Source of the DNA: Candidatus Aminicenantes bacterium
GTDB lineage: Bacteria > Acidobacteriota > Aminicenantia > Aminicenantales > JAFGBC01
Direction: 5' to 3'
DNA length: 64,000 bases
Assembly: GCA_963702005.1 (NCBI GenBank)
Contig: OY969696.1
Span: forward strand, 3,680,001-3,744,000
Positions 1 through 12,592 of this stretch are shown here, in pieces; within the stretch, counting starts at the first letter, position 1; each line of letters opens with the position of its first letter. Under the pieces are notes generated by a model. The model saw only the letters and a program-made list of their open reading frames with translations, was not told the DNA's origin and ran no database searches. A program made the translations under genes and the position numbers.

Positions 1-255
1 CCCGGCCGCCTTTTTAAGAAGGTAGGAGGCCGGAGGGGTCTTGAGGGCGAACTGGAATTTCTTGTCCTTGAAAATGGTGATGATGACGGGGATGACCATC
101 CCCTCTTCCATGCCGCGCGTCTTTTCGTTGAACTGGCGGACGAAATCCATGATGTTGACGCCGTGCTGGCCGAGGGCCGGGCCGACCGGGGGGGCCGGGC
201 TGGCCTGGCCGGCCACGATCTGGAGCTTGATCTTGGCGACGATTTCCTTGGACAT
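1..255 (-). CDS. rplK: 50S ribosomal protein L11 (5' part; runs off window)
   Basis: Manual translation from ATG at 255: [38 protein letters not shown]; directly downstream of nusG. Confidence 0.97.
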   Translation of the reverse strand, partial: MSKEIVAKIKLQIVAGQASPAPPVGPALGQHGVNIMDFVRQFNEKTRGMEEGMVIPVIITIFKDKKFQFALKTPPASYLLKKAAG

Positions 256-264
256 CGGTTCCTC

Positions 265-801
265 CTAAATCTTTTCGACCTGCAGGAATTCGAGCTCGAC
301 CGGGGTCGACCGGCCGAAGATCGTGACCAGGACCTTGAGGGTGTTCTTCTCGTGGTTGACGTCCTCGACGAGTCCGTTGAAGTTGAAGAAGGGGCCGTCG
401 ATGATCCGGACGGCTTCCCCTTTCTCGAAGGAGTGCTTGGGCTTGGGCTTCTCCGAGGTCGTCTCCATGTGCTTGACGATCTGGTTGACCTCGTCCTTGG
501 CCAGGGGCGAGGGCTTCTTGCCCGAGCCGACGAACCCGGTGACCTTGGGCGTCTCCCGGATGATGAGCCAGTTCTCGTCGGTCAGGTCCATCTCGACCAG
601 GATGTAGCCCGGGTAGGCCCGCTTGGTCGTCACGACCTTCTTGCCGCCCCGGATCTCGACGACGTCCTCGGTGGGGATGATGATCTCGCCGATCTGGTCC
701 TGGATGCTCATCTCGGCCGCCCGCTCCTTGATGGAATCCCGCACGAACTTTTCAAACCCGGAGTAGGTGTGGACGATATACCAGTTCTTGGCCATGTTCA
801 T
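265..801 (-). CDS. nusG: Transcription termination/antitermination factor NusG
   Basis: [12 protein letters not shown]-terminus, [11 protein letters not shown] domain ending [18 protein letters not shown]; start could be 795. Confidence 0.98.
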   Translation of the reverse strand: MNMAKNWYIVHTYSGFEKFVRDSIKERAAEMSIQDQIGEIIIPTEDVVEIRGGKKVVTTKRAYPGYILVEMDLTDENWLIIRETPKVTGFVGSGKKPSPLAKDEVNQIVKHMETTSEKPKPKHSFEKGEAVRIIDGPFFNFNGLVEDVNHEKNTLKVLVTIFGRSTPVELEFLQVEKI

Positions 802-808
802 GTTCCGG

Positions 809-1021
809 CTATCCCAGGAAGGCTTTGACCTTGGTCAGGGCCCAGGACGACAGGGCGTCCATCAGGAACAGGTAGATCCCAAAAAAGAGCGTGGCCAGGA
901 TGACGACGATGGTCGTGCTGTAGACCTCGCTCCGCGAGGGCCAGGTGACTTTCTTGAGCTCGGCCCGAACGTCCTTGAGAAAGCCGACGAACCGCCGATA
1001 CCATCTCTCTTTTCCGTTCAT
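809..1021 (-). CDS. secE: Preprotein translocase subunit SecE
   Basis: ELKKVTWPSRSE motif followed by one TM helix; between tRNA-Trp and nusG. Confidence 0.96.
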   Translation of the reverse strand: MNGKERWYRRFVGFLKDVRAELKKVTWPSRSEVYSTTIVVILATLFFGIYLFLMDALSSWALTKVKAFLG

Positions 1022-1065
1022 GCTGACACCTTCCCTTCCGTTTCTGCGACCGCCCCGGGGGGATA

Positions 1066-1142
1066 TGGCAGGTGAGGAGGGACTCGAACCCCCAACCTGC
1101 GGTTTTGGAGACCGCTGCTCTGGCCAGTTGAGCTACTCACCT
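1066..1142 (-). tRNA. tRNA-Trp (CCA)
   Basis: Cloverleaf AGGTGAG...CTCACCT, anticodon loop CT-CCA-AA, GGTTCGAGTCC T arm, encoded 3' CCA. Confidence 0.96.
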
Positions 1143-1209
1143 GTCGTCGTTCGCGTCCTCCCATCGGGTCCGCCGTTCCTTCCCTGTCGCTCGCGCCCGC
1201 CGCCGGCCC

Positions 1210-1359
1210 TCACTTAACTTCTTTGTGGAGGGTGTGCATCCGGCAGAAGGGGCAGAACTTCTTGAGTTCCGTCTTCTCGGTCTGCTTCTTCTTGTTCCGC
1301 GTCGACGTGTAATTGCGCCGCTTGCAGTCCGAACACTGCAATGTCACGATCTCTCTCAT
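1210..1359 (-). CDS. rpmG: 50S ribosomal protein L33 (Zn-binding, C+ form)
   Basis: Manual translation MREIVTLQCSDCKRRNYTSTRNKKKQTEKTELKKFCPFCRMHTLHKEVK (49 aa, below ORF-track cutoff). Confidence 0.97.
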   Translation of the reverse strand: MREIVTLQCSDCKRRNYTSTRNKKKQTEKTELKKFCPFCRMHTLHKEVK

Positions 1360-1413
1360 GATGACGCCTTTCCCTGGTTTCCTTTATCTATATATCGCGC
1401 CTTTTATCGTCAA

Positions 1414-1486
1414 AGCCCAAGACCAGAATTGAACTGGTGACCCCGTCCTTACCAAGGACGTGCTCTACCAACTGAGCTACTTGGGC
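1414..1486 (-). tRNA. tRNA-Thr (GGT)
   Basis: GCCCAAG acceptor stem, TAGCTCAGTTGGTAGAGC D arm, loop TT-GGT-AA, TTCAATTC T loop. Confidence 0.95.
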
Positions 1487-1504
1487 CCAACCGGTGACGC
1501 CGAG

Positions 1505-1579
<75 letters not shown>

Positions 1580-1587
1580 AAAGATTA

Positions 1588-1670
1588 TGGGCAGGGAAGG
1601 ATTCGAACCCTCGAAGCGTTTCCGCAGCGGGTTTACAGCCCGCCCCATTTGGCCACTCTGGAACCTGCCC
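1588..1670 (-). tRNA. tRNA-Tyr (GTA)
   Basis: GGGCAGG stem, loop CT-GTA-AA, long variable arm, GGTTCGAATCC. Confidence 0.95.
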
Positions 1671-1757
1671 AGTCTTCATCGCTCGACACCCCATACATAC
1701 ATCCTGAGATCACCGGCCCCGCCTTCGGCAGCGCCGGTGATCGCTCGCCTCACAGCG

Positions 1758-1830
1758 AGCCAGCGAAGGGACTCGAACCCCTGACCCGCTGATTACAAAT
1801 CAGCCGCTCTACCTGCTGAGCTACGCTGGC
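1758..1830 (-). tRNA. tRNA-Thr (TGT)
   Basis: GCCAGCG stem, loop TT-TGT-AA, GGTTCGAGTCC. Confidence 0.95.
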
Positions 1831-1982
1831 ACGTCCTTAACATAGAACGAAAAAATGAAAAAGCCGACCGCCTTACGGGGGAGTGGAGTAAGAGAAAGAT
1901 TCTTTGAAAACGCTCTTTCTCTCTACCAGCTCGATTTTGCGCGCGCGGTGACTATCTCAAAATGTAAAAGAGTCCTTGAGGC

Positions 1983-2011
1983 ATCCTATCTGAAATGCAA
2001 ATTTTTGTCAA
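1983..2011 (-). promoter_or_regulatory. Sigma70-type promoter of the tRNA-rpmG-secE-nusG operon
   Basis: TTGACA-17 bp-TAGGAT on minus strand with AT-rich upstream tract. Confidence 0.65.
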
Positions 2012-2049
2012 TAGTCCGGCAAAAATAATTAAGGTCGGCGCCGGCCCCT

Positions 2050-2562
2050 TCAGAACCCCCGGCGGTCGGTCAGTCCGGGCCGGCGGGTCTTCTCCAGGAC
2101 CTGGCCCAGCTGACGGTAAAAATCCACGGAGAAAATGAGATATTTGGCCTTCTGTACCAATGTCAGGTTGGCGGCCAGGAACGCCTCGAGCTCCTCGTCC
2201 TTGCCCTTAATCTGGTCCCGAAGCGTCCGGACTCGTCCGATTCCGGCCAGGATTTCGGCTTCGTCCGGAGCGGCCTTATCGGCCGCGGCCCTCAACCCCT
2301 CGATCTCGGGGCCGAGCCGGCGCTGGATGTCCAGCTTCTCCTTCTCGATGCGGTTGATGACGGGATAGATCTTCGCGCTCTGCTCCTCGGTCAGGTCCAG
2401 GGCCTGGGTCATGCGCAGGAGCCTCAGGGTCAGCAGGTTCTCGCGGAGCCGCTCCCGGTTCCGGGCCTGCGGGAAGGGCGAAGCAGCCGCCAGCGTCGCG
2501 CCGAAGGCGCAAAGGGCCAGGACCGTCAGGACCGGCCGCGGGTTGATAGCTTTCATTTTCAT
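2050..2562 (-). CDS. Spy/CpxP-like periplasmic helical protein
   Basis: Signal peptide; LDLTEEQ and LTLVQ (LTxxQ) motifs; third gene of ECF operon. Confidence 0.7.
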   Translation of the reverse strand: MKMKAINPRPVLTVLALCAFGATLAAASPFPQARNRERLRENLLTLRLLRMTQALDLTEEQSAKIYPVINRIEKEKLDIQRRLGPEIEGLRAAADKAAPDEAEILAGIGRVRTLRDQIKGKDEELEAFLAANLTLVQKAKYLIFSVDFYRQLGQVLEKTRRPGLTDRRGF

Positions 2563-2572
2563 GGTCAGCCTC

Positions 2573-3175
2573 CTAAGATCGTTTCTCGTTCCGGATTACG
2601 GATTCGATGCGGGCCAGATCGTCATCGCTCAAGCCCTCCCAAAACAAAGGATCGTCCGACGGCGAGCCGAGCGCCCCTTCCCCCTCCCCGCCGATCGCTT
2701 CGTCGATGGACGCCTGAAGGGCGAGGGCGAAGGAGCTTTCGAGCTCGGGATTGTCGCCGATCTCGGTCATGATGGACGCGATGGTATCTTCGAAGGAAAA
2801 CACGAACGGCCCGGGGGCGGGCCGGACGGGGCGGATAAACACGAAGTAAGCGGCGAGCGCGGCGGCCGCGGCCAAGCCCACCCCGCCCCACGCCCAAGGC
2901 CGGCGCACGAACAAGGGCAGACGGGCCGGGACCGAGGGCGGCTCCCGGCGGAGTCGCGCGGCCAAACGCGCGTCGAAGTCCCGCCAATAGGCGTCCGGCC
3001 GCTCCGCGCCGCGATTCAGCTTCGAGGCGCCGGCCTGGAGATTCTCAAGATTCAGGCGGTAGGCCCGGCAGGACGGGCAGGAAGCCAGATGTCGCGCCAG
3101 CGCCTTCTTTTGACCGGGAGTTAGGGCTCCGTCCATTTCGTCCGAGATCCAGCGCTCGATCCTCGCGCATCTCAT
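2573..3175 (-). CDS. Zinc-binding (zf-HC2) anti-sigma factor
   Basis: HLASCPSC (HxxxCxxC) motif, one TM helix, overlaps ECF sigma stop. Confidence 0.9.
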   Translation of the reverse strand: MRCARIERWISDEMDGALTPGQKKALARHLASCPSCRAYRLNLENLQAGASKLNRGAERPDAYWRDFDARLAARLRREPPSVPARLPLFVRRPWAWGGVGLAAAAALAAYFVFIRPVRPAPGPFVFSFEDTIASIMTEIGDNPELESSFALALQASIDEAIGGEGEGALGSPSDDPLFWEGLSDDDLARIESVIRNEKRS

Positions 3176-3747
3176 GGCTTCACCTCGTTCAGGAAGGGCT
3201 TGAGTTTGGCTTGGAGCATCTTCCGGGCTTTGTGCATCCTCCAGGAGACGGTGTTCTCCGAACAGCCGAGGATCCCAGCGGCCCTGCCGTGGCTCATGCC
3301 CTGATTGACGACGAGCTGGAAGGCCGTCCGGAAAGGAAGCGGGAGTCCGCCCAAAGCTTCCGCGATCTTGACGGAGATCTCGTCCGTTTGGGAGCGAAGC
3401 TCGGGCGAGGCGACCGCCTGCGCCTGGGCGGACGGCGGCGTGTTCTCGAGGAGCTCGCTCCTCCCCTTTTCCCGGCTCCTTTTCTTGATGTGGTTCATGG
3501 TCAGATTGACGGCGATTCGGTAGATCCAGGTGTAGAAGCTCGACCCGCCCCGGAAACCGCCGATCGACCGGTAGGCCGACAGGAACGTATCCTGGGCCAG
3601 GTCGTCGGCGTCGGCGTGGTTGCGAACCAACCCGAAGATCGTCGCATAGACCCTCAGTTGGTGGCGGCGGGCGAGCTCGACGAAGGCCGCCTCCTCTCCC
3701 GCCTGGGCCTGCCGGACCAGCGCCTCCTCGGACAATCCATCCATCAT
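3172..3747 (-). CDS. ECF RNA polymerase sigma factor
   Basis: Region 2 (DADDLAQDTF, FYTWIYRIAVN) and region 4 (LGCSENTVSWRMHKARK); ATG start after GGAAGG. Confidence 0.93.
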   Translation of the reverse strand: MMDGLSEEALVRQAQAGEEAAFVELARRHQLRVYATIFGLVRNHADADDLAQDTFLSAYRSIGGFRGGSSFYTWIYRIAVNLTMNHIKKRSREKGRSELLENTPPSAQAQAVASPELRSQTDEISVKIAEALGGLPLPFRTAFQLVVNQGMSHGRAAGILGCSENTVSWRMHKARKMLQAKLKPFLNEVKP

Positions 3748-3872
3748 GCCTTCCACCCGATTAGACAATCATTATACCTAATCCTTGGCCGGAGGGAAGC
3801 CGGCCGGGAAGCGCTCCTTCCGAGCGGGGCGCGCTTGACACTGCGCCGGGGATGCCCCTAAAATGTTTGAGC

Positions 3873-5087
3873 ATGGAAAAAATCATCTACCTGGACAACA
3901 GCGCCACGTCCTATCCCAAACCCGAGTCCGTCTATGCGTTCATGGATCAGTTCTACAAACGCGCGGGCGTAAACCCGGGCCGTTCGGGCTACGATCTGTG
4001 CATGGAAGCCGGGGAGCTGCTGGAGGCGACCCGAAAGCTCCTGACCCGGTTCTTCAACGGCCGCGATCCCAATCGCCTCTGTTTCTGCTATAACGCCACC
4101 GACGCCCTCAACCTCATCATTTTCGGGATGCTTAAAAAGGGGGACCACGCCGTCACGACCAGCCTCGAACATAATTCCGTGCTCCGTCCCCTCTATCATC
4201 TGTCCCAAAACGAAGGCGTCCAGGTCGACACCATTCCCTTCGACGGGGCGGGATTCGTCGACCCGGACAGGGTTTGCGGCGCGATCAAACGGAACACTCG
4301 GCTTGTTATCGTCAACCACGGGTCGAACGTCATCGGCACGATCCAACCCATCAAGGAGATCGGCCGCCGCTGTCGGGAGGCCGGCGTTCCGTTTGCCATC
4401 GACGCCTCGCAGACGGCCGGCCACATCCCGATCGACCTCCAGGATACCAACGTGGACGTCATCGCCTTCACCGGCCATAAATCGCTGATGGGACCGACCG
4501 GGATCGGCGGCTTGTACGTCGGGGACAACGTCAAGATCCGGCAAACTCGAGCCGGCGGGACGGGCGTCCGTTCCGCCGAGCGATTCCATCCGGAGGACTA
4601 CCCCTATCACCTGGAGTTCGGCACGCCGAACATCCTGGGAGCGGCCGGCCTCAACGCGGGCGTGACTTGGATCCAGGAACAGGGCTTGGCGTCCCTGTCC
4701 GCCCATGAAATGAAGCTGACCGCTCAGCTCCGGGAGGGCCTCCGGAATATCCCCGGTGTCACCTTGTACTGTCAGGACGACCTCACCGACCACCTCCCCG
4801 TCCTGACTTTCAATATCGACGGCCTGGAGGCGGTCGACACCGGAACCCTGCTCGACGCCGAATATAACATCGCCTGCCGGACCGGCCTCCACTGCGCGCC
4901 GCTGGTCCATGAACAGTTGGGCACGGCCAAGATCAAGGGAGCGGTGCGTTTCGGGATCGGCCCCTTCAACACCGAAGAGCAAATCAAGAAGGCGGTCGAA
5001 GCCGTCGCGGAGATGGCGTCCTCGGGCATCGGCAGGCCCAAGGCGGGCCCATCGGTTCCTGCGGAGCGCCGTCCTACGACCGACTGA
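3873..5087 (+). CDS. Cysteine desulfurase-like class V PLP aminotransferase
   Basis: YLDNSATS, EHNSV, DASQTAG, TGHK (PLP Lys), RTGLHCAP (group II type Cys motif). Confidence 0.9.
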   Translation: MEKIIYLDNSATSYPKPESVYAFMDQFYKRAGVNPGRSGYDLCMEAGELLEATRKLLTRFFNGRDPNRLCFCYNATDALNLIIFGMLKKGDHAVTTSLEHNSVLRPLYHLSQNEGVQVDTIPFDGAGFVDPDRVCGAIKRNTRLVIVNHGSNVIGTIQPIKEIGRRCREAGVPFAIDASQTAGHIPIDLQDTNVDVIAFTGHKSLMGPTGIGGLYVGDNVKIRQTRAGGTGVRSAERFHPEDYPYHLEFGTPNILGAAGLNAGVTWIQEQGLASLSAHEMKLTAQLREGLRNIPGVTLYCQDDLTDHLPVLTFNIDGLEAVDTGTLLDAEYNIACRTGLHCAPLVHEQLGTAKIKGAVRFGIGPFNTEEQIKKAVEAVAEMASSGIGRPKAGPSVPAERRPTTD

Positions 5088-5279
5088 GTTCGGAGTTCCC
5101 GTTGTCGCGCCCGCTCGACCCCATTCCCGCTATCGCGTCCACCGGCCCAGACGCGCCCGGATCTTTTCTTTGACGCTCATCGCCTGCCTGTGATAAAGTT
5201 CTGAGGTGTTCATCCTTTTAGACATTAAGGGGGAATCAGCTTTTCCCGCTAATCCTATATACCCTTAGGAGGGTTCAAT

Positions 5280-7112
5280 ATGAATGTCTCAGCAAAGCAA
5301 CGTCGGCTCGCGCTCAAAGTATTTCCCGTTATCACCGTCATCGTCCTTCTTGCGCTAGCTTTCGGGCCGGGCCTCGGGGCCCAGGACAACAAGGCGATCG
5401 CCAAGAAGCTCGCGGGCTTCGACGCCTATATGGCCAAGATCCTCAAGGACTGGAACGCGCCCGGGATCGGCGTCGGCGTCGTGGTCGGCGACAAGCTCGT
5501 CTTCGCCAAAGGCTACGGCTACCGGGACTACGAAAAAAAACTTCCTTTCACCCCGACGACGCTGTGCCAGATCGCATCCAATACCAAGCTGTTCACGGCG
5601 GTGGCCGCGGGCATGCTCGTGGACGAAGGGAAACTGACCTGGGACAAGCCGGTCCGGGACTCCGTGCCCTCCATCCGGTTCTACAACGACGAGCTGAATA
5701 ACACGGTCACGCTCCGCGACATGCTGTCCCACCGCACGGGCATCACCCGGCACGACACGATCTGGTACCAGTCGGACGACACGCGGCCGCAGCTCTTCGA
5801 AAAGGTCAAATATCTAGAGCCCCAGGAGCCTCTTCGGCAGACCTTCCTTTACAATAATTTGATGTTCGCCGCCGTGGGGTACATCATCGAACTCCAGTCG
5901 GGCAAGACATGGGAGGATTTCGTCCGTGGCCGTATCTTTAGGCCCCTGGACATGACGAGCACCGTCTATTCCATCGCGGACTTGGTCAAGCAGCCCGACC
6001 ACGGCGTGCCCTTCACCGAGAAGCGCGACACGTTCGAGCTCTACAAGATCCCCTACTACGAGGACATCGGGGGTGTCGCGCCCTGCGGCGCGATCATCTC
6101 CAATATCCAGGACATGTCCCACTGGCTCATCGCCTTGATGAACGACGGTAAGTTCGCGGAGAAGCAGGTCCTCCCGGCGGCCGTGCTCAAGGCCACGCTG
6201 GAGCCCGCCATCGCCCTGCCCAACACGACCGCCGAAGTCCGCGGGTACTGGGAAATCCTGAATTCCGCCTATGGGATGGGACGGGAGTCGCTTATCTATC
6301 GGGGGCACCTGCTGACCCTCCACGGCGGGGACCTGCCCGGATTCCATTCCCAGGTCTCCTTCATGCCCCGCGAGCGGATCGGCGTCATCGTCTTCGTCAT
6401 CGGCAACCACTGCGCCAGCCTCTACAACTTCGTAAGCTACAACGTTTACGAGCGTCTGCTGGGGATGGACCAGACACCCTGGAGTGCGCGCTTTCTCGAC
6501 CTCCGGCTCAAGGGAAAGAAAGCGGGTACGGAAGCCCGAGCGAAAGCCGGCGCGGACCGCGTCCCGAACACGAAACCCTCCCATCCGATCCACGACTACG
6601 CGGGCGAGTACGAGCATCCCGCCTACGGCGTCCTGAAGGTCGAGCTGAAGGACGGCGGGCTCGGGATGGACTTCCACAAGATCCGGCTTCCCCTTAACCA
6701 CTTCCACTATGATCGCTTCGAAACGCCCGACGACGAAATCTACGGCCGGACCGCGATCAACTTCATGACCAATCCCCAGGGCGATATCGACAAGGCCCTC
6801 GTTTCCTTGGACGAAGCCGAAGTGACCTTCACGCGCAGGCCCGAGACGCTCGACGTCAAGATATTGGGACAGCTGGCCGGAACCTATGAAACCCCGACAG
6901 GCTACAAGTTCCAGGTCGTTCTTAAGGAGGACGGCGGGCTTTTCCTGGTGTATCCCGGAGAGCCCGAAGAGAAGCTCATCCCCTATAAAGGCCTTCAGTT
7001 CCGCATCAAGCTTTTCTCCGACGTCATCTTCGAGTTCGTCATGGAGAACGGCCAGGTCAAGGCCCTCAAACAGAGGGATCCCTCCGGAGAGTATATTAAT
7101 ATAAGGAAGTAG
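5280..7112 (+). CDS. Secreted serine hydrolase, beta-lactamase (class C/S12) family with C-terminal DUF3471-like domains
   Basis: Signal peptide, SNTK (SxxK), LYNN (YxN), HGG motif, YAGEYEHPAYG. Confidence 0.88.
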   Translation: MNVSAKQRRLALKVFPVITVIVLLALAFGPGLGAQDNKAIAKKLAGFDAYMAKILKDWNAPGIGVGVVVGDKLVFAKGYGYRDYEKKLPFTPTTLCQIASNTKLFTAVAAGMLVDEGKLTWDKPVRDSVPSIRFYNDELNNTVTLRDMLSHRTGITRHDTIWYQSDDTRPQLFEKVKYLEPQEPLRQTFLYNNLMFAAVGYIIELQSGKTWEDFVRGRIFRPLDMTSTVYSIADLVKQPDHGVPFTEKRDTFELYKIPYYEDIGGVAPCGAIISNIQDMSHWLIALMNDGKFAEKQVLPAAVLKATLEPAIALPNTTAEVRGYWEILNSAYGMGRESLIYRGHLLTLHGGDLPGFHSQVSFMPRERIGVIVFVIGNHCASLYNFVSYNVYERLLGMDQTPWSARFLDLRLKGKKAGTEARAKAGADRVPNTKPSHPIHDYAGEYEHPAYGVLKVELKDGGLGMDFHKIRLPLNHFHYDRFETPDDEIYGRTAINFMTNPQGDIDKALVSLDEAEVTFTRRPETLDVKILGQLAGTYETPTGYKFQVVLKEDGGLFLVYPGEPEEKLIPYKGLQFRIKLFSDVIFEFVMENGQVKALKQRDPSGEYINIRK

Positions 7113-7136
7113 TCGGCGCCCGTCCCCCCGGAATCC

Positions 7137-7562
7137 TTACTCTAATGACCGCAGAGCCCTGGTGAACGCTCTTGGACTCAGGATCCCGATCCCTTCGTAC
7201 TGCTTGATGGCCAGCACATCGGAATCCGCGGAGATAATATAGTCGGCGCGACCCGCGATAGCGGCTTCGAACAGCGCATCATCGTCGGGATCGCGGCAGA
7301 CACGAACGCGCGGCCCGGGAATAACGATGTCGCCCCGAAGGGCTAACAGAGCTAGGAAAGCCTCCATGGCAGAACGGTCCAATCTATATTTTTTACTCAG
7401 CTTAGGATAGGTCAGAACCGAGACCAACTCCTGAAGGAGCCCGGAGGAAAAGACGACCGTAAACCGTCCTTGGCGAAGATCCTGAAGGATAGCGCCCGTG
7501 GGTCCGTCGGGCTTGATGAGCCCGCTGACGAGGACATTCGTATCGATGACCGCGCGGATCAT
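7137..7562 (-). CDS. PIN-domain toxin (putative toxin-antitoxin component)
   Basis: VIDTNVLVS, CRDPDDD, IISADSD acidic PIN residues; overlaps antitoxin. Confidence 0.9.
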   Translation of the reverse strand: MIRAVIDTNVLVSGLIKPDGPTGAILQDLRQGRFTVVFSSGLLQELVSVLTYPKLSKKYRLDRSAMEAFLALLALRGDIVIPGPRVRVCRDPDDDALFEAAIAGRADYIISADSDVLAIKQYEGIGILSPRAFTRALRSLE

Positions 7563-7852
7563 CGGCGTTTGGGGCCCCGCAGGCTTTTTCGGGCCTCTTG
7601 AACGTCGTTTTCAACCTCCCTAAAAGACGAGCCTGCGCTGGCCGCCGCCATCTTGGCCAGAAGCTCATCGAACCTCTTCAAGACTCCGCTTTCATCGATC
7701 TTAACATAATTGAGATACTGCTCGTAAGGAACCAAGACGGCTTCCGGCCTGCTCCCGCGCGTGAGGACGTAGGGGATATGCTCCTCCGCCACCTCATCAA
7801 AGACTTTTTTAAATTTTCTCTGCAGATCGGTGACGCCGATGATTTTATTCAT
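7559..7852 (-). CDS. Phd/YefM family antitoxin
   Basis: LTRGSRPEAVLVPYEQY motif; upstream of PIN gene. Confidence 0.88.
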   Translation of the reverse strand: MNKIIGVTDLQRKFKKVFDEVAEEHIPYVLTRGSRPEAVLVPYEQYLNYVKIDESGVLKRFDELLAKMAAASAGSSFREVENDVQEARKSLRGPKRR

Positions 7853-8031
7853 ATATACCTCAATATGTATTTATATATATATTATATTTATAAGCGTCAT
7901 GTCAAGATATTCATGAACCTAATCGTTTTTTGAGAGGATACGCGAGTTCAGTCGTTCGCCCCAACGACGCCATTCCCAGACCATCGTCATTAAATCGGCA
8001 AAAACTTCCGATAAAAGTGCTGCGTTCCCGG

Positions 8032-8056
8032 AATTAAGTCGTGTGTCCCCAGAATT
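8032..8056. repeat. REP-like family A, single copy
   Basis: AATTAAGTCGTGTGTCCCCAGAATT identical to copies at 26.2 kb and 31.4 kb. Confidence 0.85.
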
Positions 8057-8140
8057 CCCCCGGCAAATTGACTTGGGGAGGGGGTCCTTGATATTATTTG
8101 AACTCACTCTAACTCTAAGGAAGGTTCGAAGGATTCGCTC

Positions 8141-9433
8141 ATGATTGAACGCTACACCCGTCCCGAAATGGGCGCGGTCTGGACCGACCGGAACCGCTAC
8201 CGGAAGTGGCTCGACGTCGAGATCGCCGTCTGCGAGGCCTGGTCCAAGCTCGGCAAGATCCCGGCCGCCTCGCTGCGCCGGATCAAGGCCAAGGCCGACT
8301 TCAACGTCGCCCGGATCGAGACCATCGAGCGCGTCGTCAAGCACGACGTCATCGCCTTCCTGACCTCGGTCGCCGAGAAGGTCGGCCCCGATTCGCGCTT
8401 CATCCACCTCGGCCTGACCTCCTACGACGTCGTCGACACGGCCCTGTCCCTGCTCATCAAGGAATCCCTGACGCAAATCCGCCGCGACCTCCTCGCCCTC
8501 CGCAAAGTCATCAAGTCCCAAGCCCTCAAATATAAAATGACGCCGACGATCGGCCGGACCCACGGCGTCCACGCCGAGCCGGTCACCTTCGGGTTCAAGC
8601 TCCTGGTCTGGTACGAGGAGGTCGGCCGCCACATCGATCGTGTCGACCGCGCCCTGGCCGTCATCGACGTGGGCCGGATCTCGGGCTCGGTCGGGACCTA
8701 CATCCACCTCAACCCGCGCGTCGAGACGATCGCCCTGCGCCGTCTTGGCCTGGCCCCCGCCCGGGTCTCGACCCAAGTCCTCCAGCGGGACCGCCACGCC
8801 GAGGTCCTGTCCGCGCTAGCCCTGCTGGCCTCCTCGCTCGAGAAGTTCGCCGTCGAGGTCCGCCACCTCCAGCGGACCGAGGTCCTCGAAGTCGAGGAGC
8901 CCTTCACCAAGGGCCAGAAGGGCTCGTCCTCGATGCCCCACAAGAAGAACCCGGTCCGCTGCGAGCGGATCTCGGGCCTGGCCCGGATCGTCCGCTCCAA
9001 CCTCCAGGTCGCCCTCGAAAACATCCCCCTCTGGCACGAGCGGGACATCTCCCATTCCTCGGCCGAGCGGGTCGTCGTCCCCGACTCGTTCATCCTGACC
9101 GACTACATACTGGCCGAGACGACCGACATCATCCGCAACTGGCGCGTTTATCCCGTCCGGATGCGGGCCAACATCGACGCCACCCGCGGGCTGGTCTTTT
9201 CCCAAGCCGTCCTGCTCGCCTTGACCCGCAAAGGGATGCTCCGCGAAGAGGCCTACGGCGCCGTCCAGGCCGCGAGCCTCAAGGCCTGGGAAGAAAGGCT
9301 CGATTTCCGGGACCTCGTCGCGGCCGACCCCAAGGTCCGCAAGCTCCTGGGCGAAGCCGAGCTCCGGGCCTGCTTCTCCCTCGCCCCCTACCTGGGGAAG
9401 ATCGACGCCATTTATAAAAAGGTGTTCCGATGA
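8141..9433 (+). CDS. purB: Adenylosuccinate lyase
   Basis: [26 protein letters not shown] signature. Confidence 0.98.
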   Translation: MIERYTRPEMGAVWTDRNRYRKWLDVEIAVCEAWSKLGKIPAASLRRIKAKADFNVARIETIERVVKHDVIAFLTSVAEKVGPDSRFIHLGLTSYDVVDTALSLLIKESLTQIRRDLLALRKVIKSQALKYKMTPTIGRTHGVHAEPVTFGFKLLVWYEEVGRHIDRVDRALAVIDVGRISGSVGTYIHLNPRVETIALRRLGLAPARVSTQVLQRDRHAEVLSALALLASSLEKFAVEVRHLQRTEVLEVEEPFTKGQKGSSSMPHKKNPVRCERISGLARIVRSNLQVALENIPLWHERDISHSSAERVVVPDSFILTDYILAETTDIIRNWRVYPVRMRANIDATRGLVFSQAVLLALTRKGMLREEAYGAVQAASLKAWEERLDFRDLVAADPKVRKLLGEAELRACFSLAPYLGKIDAIYKKVFR

Positions 9434-9672
9434 AAGTCAGAATCCTGGTTTCCTTCAAGGACAGCGTCCTCGACCCCCAGGGCCAGACCGTCAAGAACGC
9501 CCTGCTGACCCTGGGCTACGGATTCGTCAAGGACGTCCGCCAAGGCAAGGTTTTCGAGCTCGACCTGGAAGGGATCGGCGAGGCCGAGGCCCGCCGGGCC
9601 ATCCCCGAGATCGCCGACAAGGTCCTGGCCAACCCGATCATCGAGAAGTTCAGCTGGGACATCCTGCCATGA
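9430..9672 (+). CDS. purS: FGAM synthase subunit PurS
   Basis: VLDPQG, VRQGK, LANPIIE. Confidence 0.97.
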   Translation: MKVRILVSFKDSVLDPQGQTVKNALLTLGYGFVKDVRQGKVFELDLEGIGEAEARRAIPEIADKVLANPIIEKFSWDILP

Positions 9673-10361
9673 AGTTCGGCGTCGTCGTCTTTCCCGGGTC
9701 CAACTGCGACTTCGACACGCTCTACGTCCTGCGCGACGTCCTGAAGCAGGATGCCGTCTTCCTCTGGCACAAGAACCATGACCTGGGCGGCGCCGACTGC
9801 GTCGTCCTCCCGGGAGGATTCGCCCACGGCGACTACCTGCGCTCGGGCGCCATCGCTAAATTCTCGCCCCTGATGCGGGAGGTTGGCGAGCACGCGGCCA
9901 AGGGCGGCCTTGTGTTGGGTATTTGTAACGGCTTTCAGGTCCTGCTCGAGCTCGGCCTTTTGCCCGGGGCCATGCTCCGCAACAAGAACCTCAAGTTCCT
10001 CTGCCAATTCGTGAACCTGCGCGTCGAGAACGAGCGGACGGCCTTCACCAACCGGGCCCGCAAAGGCCAGGTCCTCCGCATCCCGATCGCCCACTTCGAC
10101 GGGAACTACTACGCGCCGGCCGAGGTCTTGGACGAGGTCGAGCGGAACGGCCAGGTGGTCCTCCGCTACGCCGACGAGCAAGGGCGCCTCGGCGAAGACG
10201 CCAACGTCAACGGATCGCTGCGCGCGATCGCCGGGCTGGTCAACAAGGCGGGGAACGTCATGGGCCTGATGCCCCACCCGGAGCGGGCCTCGGAGGCCCT
10301 GCTGGGCGGGACGGACGGTCGGGTCATCCTCGAATCCATCATCCAGGGCCGCATGAGCTGA
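9669..10361 (+). CDS. purQ: FGAM synthase glutaminase subunit PurQ
   Basis: FPGSNCD, GICNGFQ, MPHPER. Confidence 0.98.
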   Translation: MKFGVVVFPGSNCDFDTLYVLRDVLKQDAVFLWHKNHDLGGADCVVLPGGFAHGDYLRSGAIAKFSPLMREVGEHAAKGGLVLGICNGFQVLLELGLLPGAMLRNKNLKFLCQFVNLRVENERTAFTNRARKGQVLRIPIAHFDGNYYAPAEVLDEVERNGQVVLRYADEQGRLGEDANVNGSLRAIAGLVNKAGNVMGLMPHPERASEALLGGTDGRVILESIIQGRMS

Positions 10362-10381
10362 ACGCCGGAAAAAGGATCGCC

Positions 10382-12584
<2,203 letters not shown>

Positions 12585-12592
<8 letters not shown>

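Noticed and set aside
7906-8140. Purine/ZTP riboswitch or PurR box upstream of purB
   Set aside because: No recognisable aptamer or operator consensus; only a REP copy and a possible promoter
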